From Scyliorhinus canicula (Eukaryota): a DNA stretch of 64,000 bases. The stretch is taken from contig NC_052172.1 of the NCBI RefSeq assembly GCF_902713615.1, forward strand, positions 12,938,185 to 13,002,184, written 5' to 3'. Shown here in pieces: positions 60,998-64,000 of the stretch. A program made the translations under genes and the position numbers. Within the stretch, counting starts at the first letter, position 1. The number at the start of each line of letters is the position of its first letter. The notes under the pieces were generated by a model. It made no database searches. It saw only the letters and a list, made by a program, of their open reading frames with translations, and was not told where the DNA came from.

Positions 60998-62019
60998 GAA
61001 TACTCTCCACTTGCCTGGATGAGTGCAACTCCAACAACACTCAACAAGCTCGACACCATCCAGGACAAAGCAGCCAGGCGTGATTGCTCCTTCCACAAAC
61101 ATTTAAACCCTCCACTACCGACGAACAGTGCCAGCCGTGTGTACCATCCACGAGATGCACTGCGGTAACTCACTAAGGTTCCTTAGGCAGCACCTTCCAA
61201 ACCCACCACCACTACCATCCAGAAGGACAAGAGCAGCAGATGCCTGGGAACCCCACCACCTGGAGGTTCCCCTCCAAGTCACTCACCACCCCAACCTGGA
61301 AATATATCGGCCGTTCCTTCACTGTCGCTTGGTCAAAATCCTGGAACTCCCTCCCTAACAGCACAGTGGGTGTACCTACACCTCAGGGACTGCAACGGCT
61401 CAAAAAGGCAACTCCACACCCTAACCCTAACCAGCGAAGCCCGCATCCCGTAAATACATTTAAAAAAATTGTGTGCATCAGTAACAAAATTAAAATAGAC
61501 TTGCAGTATTTGCAGAAATAAATCTATCAGTGACCCCATCACTTCCTCATTTGGTGAGGCGGGTATAAACCTTTCAGTAATCTGCACTACCACGTGTTAC
61601 CTGTTTAAACTAGTTCTGCTGAGGGAGCGCTTCATGTGGATCCCATAGCATCAGTAGGGGTTCAGGGGTCACGGGTCACGGGTCATGAAGCAGCCGTTTA
61701 GCCCCTTTGGGAATCCTCGGGACGTGCGGATGGTTGCAATGTCGTCATTCTGCGTCCTTAACATCGCTGTGCAGTTGCTACTGTCCAGATTAAACGTTTT
61801 TATTTTATGGATTCATGGGGTGGTCATTGCTGGTTAGGTCAGCATTTTTCAAGCCCGTCCCTAGTTGCCTTTGAAAAGGGCAATTATGGTCTCTCCCTCT
61901 CTCTCTCTCTCTCTCTCCTGTGTTGGGGTTTGTACATCATGTCAGACCCACCTGTTCCTTCAAACACTTTCTAAACCACTTCACCTCACTACCTTACTTC
62001 CTCCTTTCAAAGACCACTC

Positions 62020-63030
62020 CTTAAATGACACCACAAAGTGCTTTACAGACAGCCAAGTGTTTTCTGAAGTTTAGTCACTTGTAATGTAGCCAATATGTAC
62101 GCAGCAAGATTCCACAAACATCAATGATCTGTTTTTCGGGATGTTGACATAAACTTATTATGTCCACCTGAGAGAGCAGGTGGGGGCCTCGTTTTAATGT
62201 CATCCAAAACACAATGGGCAGGATTCTCTCATCCTGAGGCTAAGTGTTGAAGCCGTCGTAAAGGCCGTCACGTTTCTCGACGGCGTCAACAGGGCCTTCA
62301 GGAGCAGTGATTCTGACCCCTGCAGGGGGCCAGCACGGTACTGGAGCGCCCCACGCCGCTCCAGCTGCCGATCCTGGCGTCAGATGGGCGCTGCGGGTCT
62401 GCGCATGCGGAGTGGGACCGGCGCCAATGCGCGCATGCGCGGTGGCTCCCTTCTCCGCGCCGGCCCCGACGCAACATGGCGCAGGGCTACAGGGGCCAGA
62501 ACGAAACCAAAAGAGGCCCCCAGCCCGAGAGGCCGGCCCGCCGGTCGGTAGGCCCCGATCGCGGGTCAAGCCGCCGCGGAGGCCCCCCCCGGGGTCGGAC
62601 AACCCCCCCCCCCCCCCGGCCCCCCCCCCCCCCCCCACCCCCCACCACCACCAGGCCGTCCCCGGATGCATGCACGCCGAGGTCCCGCCGGGTCCGACCA
62701 CACATGGACTCCGCCGGTGGGACTCGGATTTTCTGCGTGGCCGCTCGGCCCATCGGAGAATCGCCGCGCATAGAGCGGACCCAACTGGTGCCGCGCCGGC
62801 ACCGATTCTCCGCTCTCCGGAGAAGCGGCGGACCGGCATTGGGGCATCATCGCGCGATTCGAGCCCGTCCCGGCAATTCTCCGGCCCGGCCTGGGCTGAG
62901 AGAATCCGGCCCAGTATCTCCAACATTGCGGCACCCCCTCAGTACTGGGACTGCCAGCCGCGATTATGTGCTCAGGTCTCTGAAGTGCGACTTGAACCCA
63001 CAACCCACTGCCTCAGTGGCAAAATTGCTA
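62020..63030 (-). mobile_element. Deu-domain SINE split by a MITE
   Basis: GTCCACCTGAGAGAGCAG...GGGGCCTCG...CATCC before the insert; CTCAGTACTG...GACTTGAACCCACAACC after it. Confidence 0.75.
62216..62912. mobile_element. GC/CpG-rich MITE with Harbinger-like TIRs
   Basis: TIR GGGCAGGATTCTCTC / GAGAGAATCCGGCCC (14 of 15 match); flanks AAT/AGT; sub-terminal hairpins. Confidence 0.75.
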
Positions 63031-63199
63031 CTTCCTGATACCATGACTGGTGCCTGGAAAGTGCAGCTTTCCTGAAGGGAGTGAAAGAGCAAGAAAAGAA
63101 CAAGGTGTCCTTGATAGGCTGCCAACCAGAACTGACCTGGAGTCTCCAAGAATTGAGGATGAATCTCCACGGGTCTGCTGTGAGAAACATCTGGAAATC

Positions 63200-63720
63200 A
63201 GCACATGCTTAGCACTGTTGCTTCACAGCTCCAGGATCCCAGGTTCGACTCCCGGTTTGGGTCACCGTCTGTGCGGAGTCTGCACGTTCTCCCCGTGTCT
63301 GCGTGGCTTTTCCTCCGGGTGCTCCGGTTTCCTCCCACAGCCCAAAGACGTGTAGGTTAGGTGGATTGCTCTTGCTAAATTGCCCCCTTAGTGTCCAAAA
63401 AAAGGTTGGGTTGGGTGGGGTTACTGGGATAGGGTGAGGGTGTGGGCTTAGGTAGGGTGCTCTTTCCAAGGGCCGGTGCAGACTCGATGGGCCGAATGGC
63501 CTCCTTCTGCACTGTAAATTGTATGATTCTACGTGCCGATTAGGTGGATTGACCATGATAAATTGCCCTTAGTATCCAAAAGGGGTTGGATGGGGTTGCT
63601 GGGTTACGGGGATAGAGTGGAGGTGTGGGCTTAAGTGGGGGTGCTCTTTCCAAGGGCCGGCCCAGACTCGATGGGCCGAGTGATCTCCTTCTGCACTGTC
63701 AATCCTATGATTCTGTGATC
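63200..63720 (+). mobile_element. V-SINE plus a tandem second 3' half
   Basis: Matches the V-SINE consensus. Confidence 0.88.
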
Positions 63721-64000
63721 ATAGAAGGAGAGGCACTAATTTTGTTAAAAATCATTTACTTTAAGAAGTTTTGCTGATTTAGTTGCGTGGATATTAGAGA
63801 ATCAGGACTCATCCAGTTGGTCAACGAAGAATCTGAGATCCATTGGTGGCTCTCCATTGGTGTGTCTCCAAAAGAATGGACATGTTGGGTGGCCAATTGT
63901 GGCAGTGTGGGGGTGGGGCATTGGGAGGCAGGAGGTCATGTGATGAAACATCCAACTGGCATTATGAGACTTCGTGAGGGCCACGAAGAATCCAGCACGA

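Noticed and set aside
61419-61432. Interstitial telomere repeat (CCCTAA)2
   Set aside because: Only two units, which is expected by chance.
62240-63075. GC-rich ORFs and an apparent gene CpG-island promoter
   Set aside because: Bounded by TIRs and inserted in a SINE. The ORFs reflect GC content.

Overview
This is repeat-dense vertebrate genomic DNA, almost certainly from a cartilaginous fish (shark): it carries HE1/V-SINEs, Deu-domain SINEs and CR1, Rex1, L1, Penelope, Harbinger and Gypsy remnants. Two host genes are supported, both on the + strand. (1) A SERTA-domain transcriptional co-regulator closest to SERTAD1: CpG-rich promoter and non-coding first exon(s) at about 18.6-19.45 kb, a small ATG-bearing exon at 32790-32880, the main coding exon at 37817-38633, and a long minisatellite-containing 3' UTR ending at AATAAA 42228. 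(2) The first coding exon of a GCK-I MAP4K kinase, most like MAP4K1/HPK1, at 56032-56136. The first 4.4 kb is transposon-free and looks like the 3' UTR of an unidentified upstream gene. The most interesting pattern is a modular SINE system: one tRNA/V-domain body carries four different 3' tails that match CR1, Rex1-type or L1 partners present in the same window, and a young tRNA-Ile-like SINE shares the Rex1-type tail. Also present are a Gmr1-type Gypsy element with integrase before RT, a decayed two-gene Harbinger and a CpG-rich MITE, two solo LTRs, and a 2.9-kb G-rich minisatellite. An assembly gap lies at 28413-29283. All family assignments come from motif recognition by eye, not database searches.
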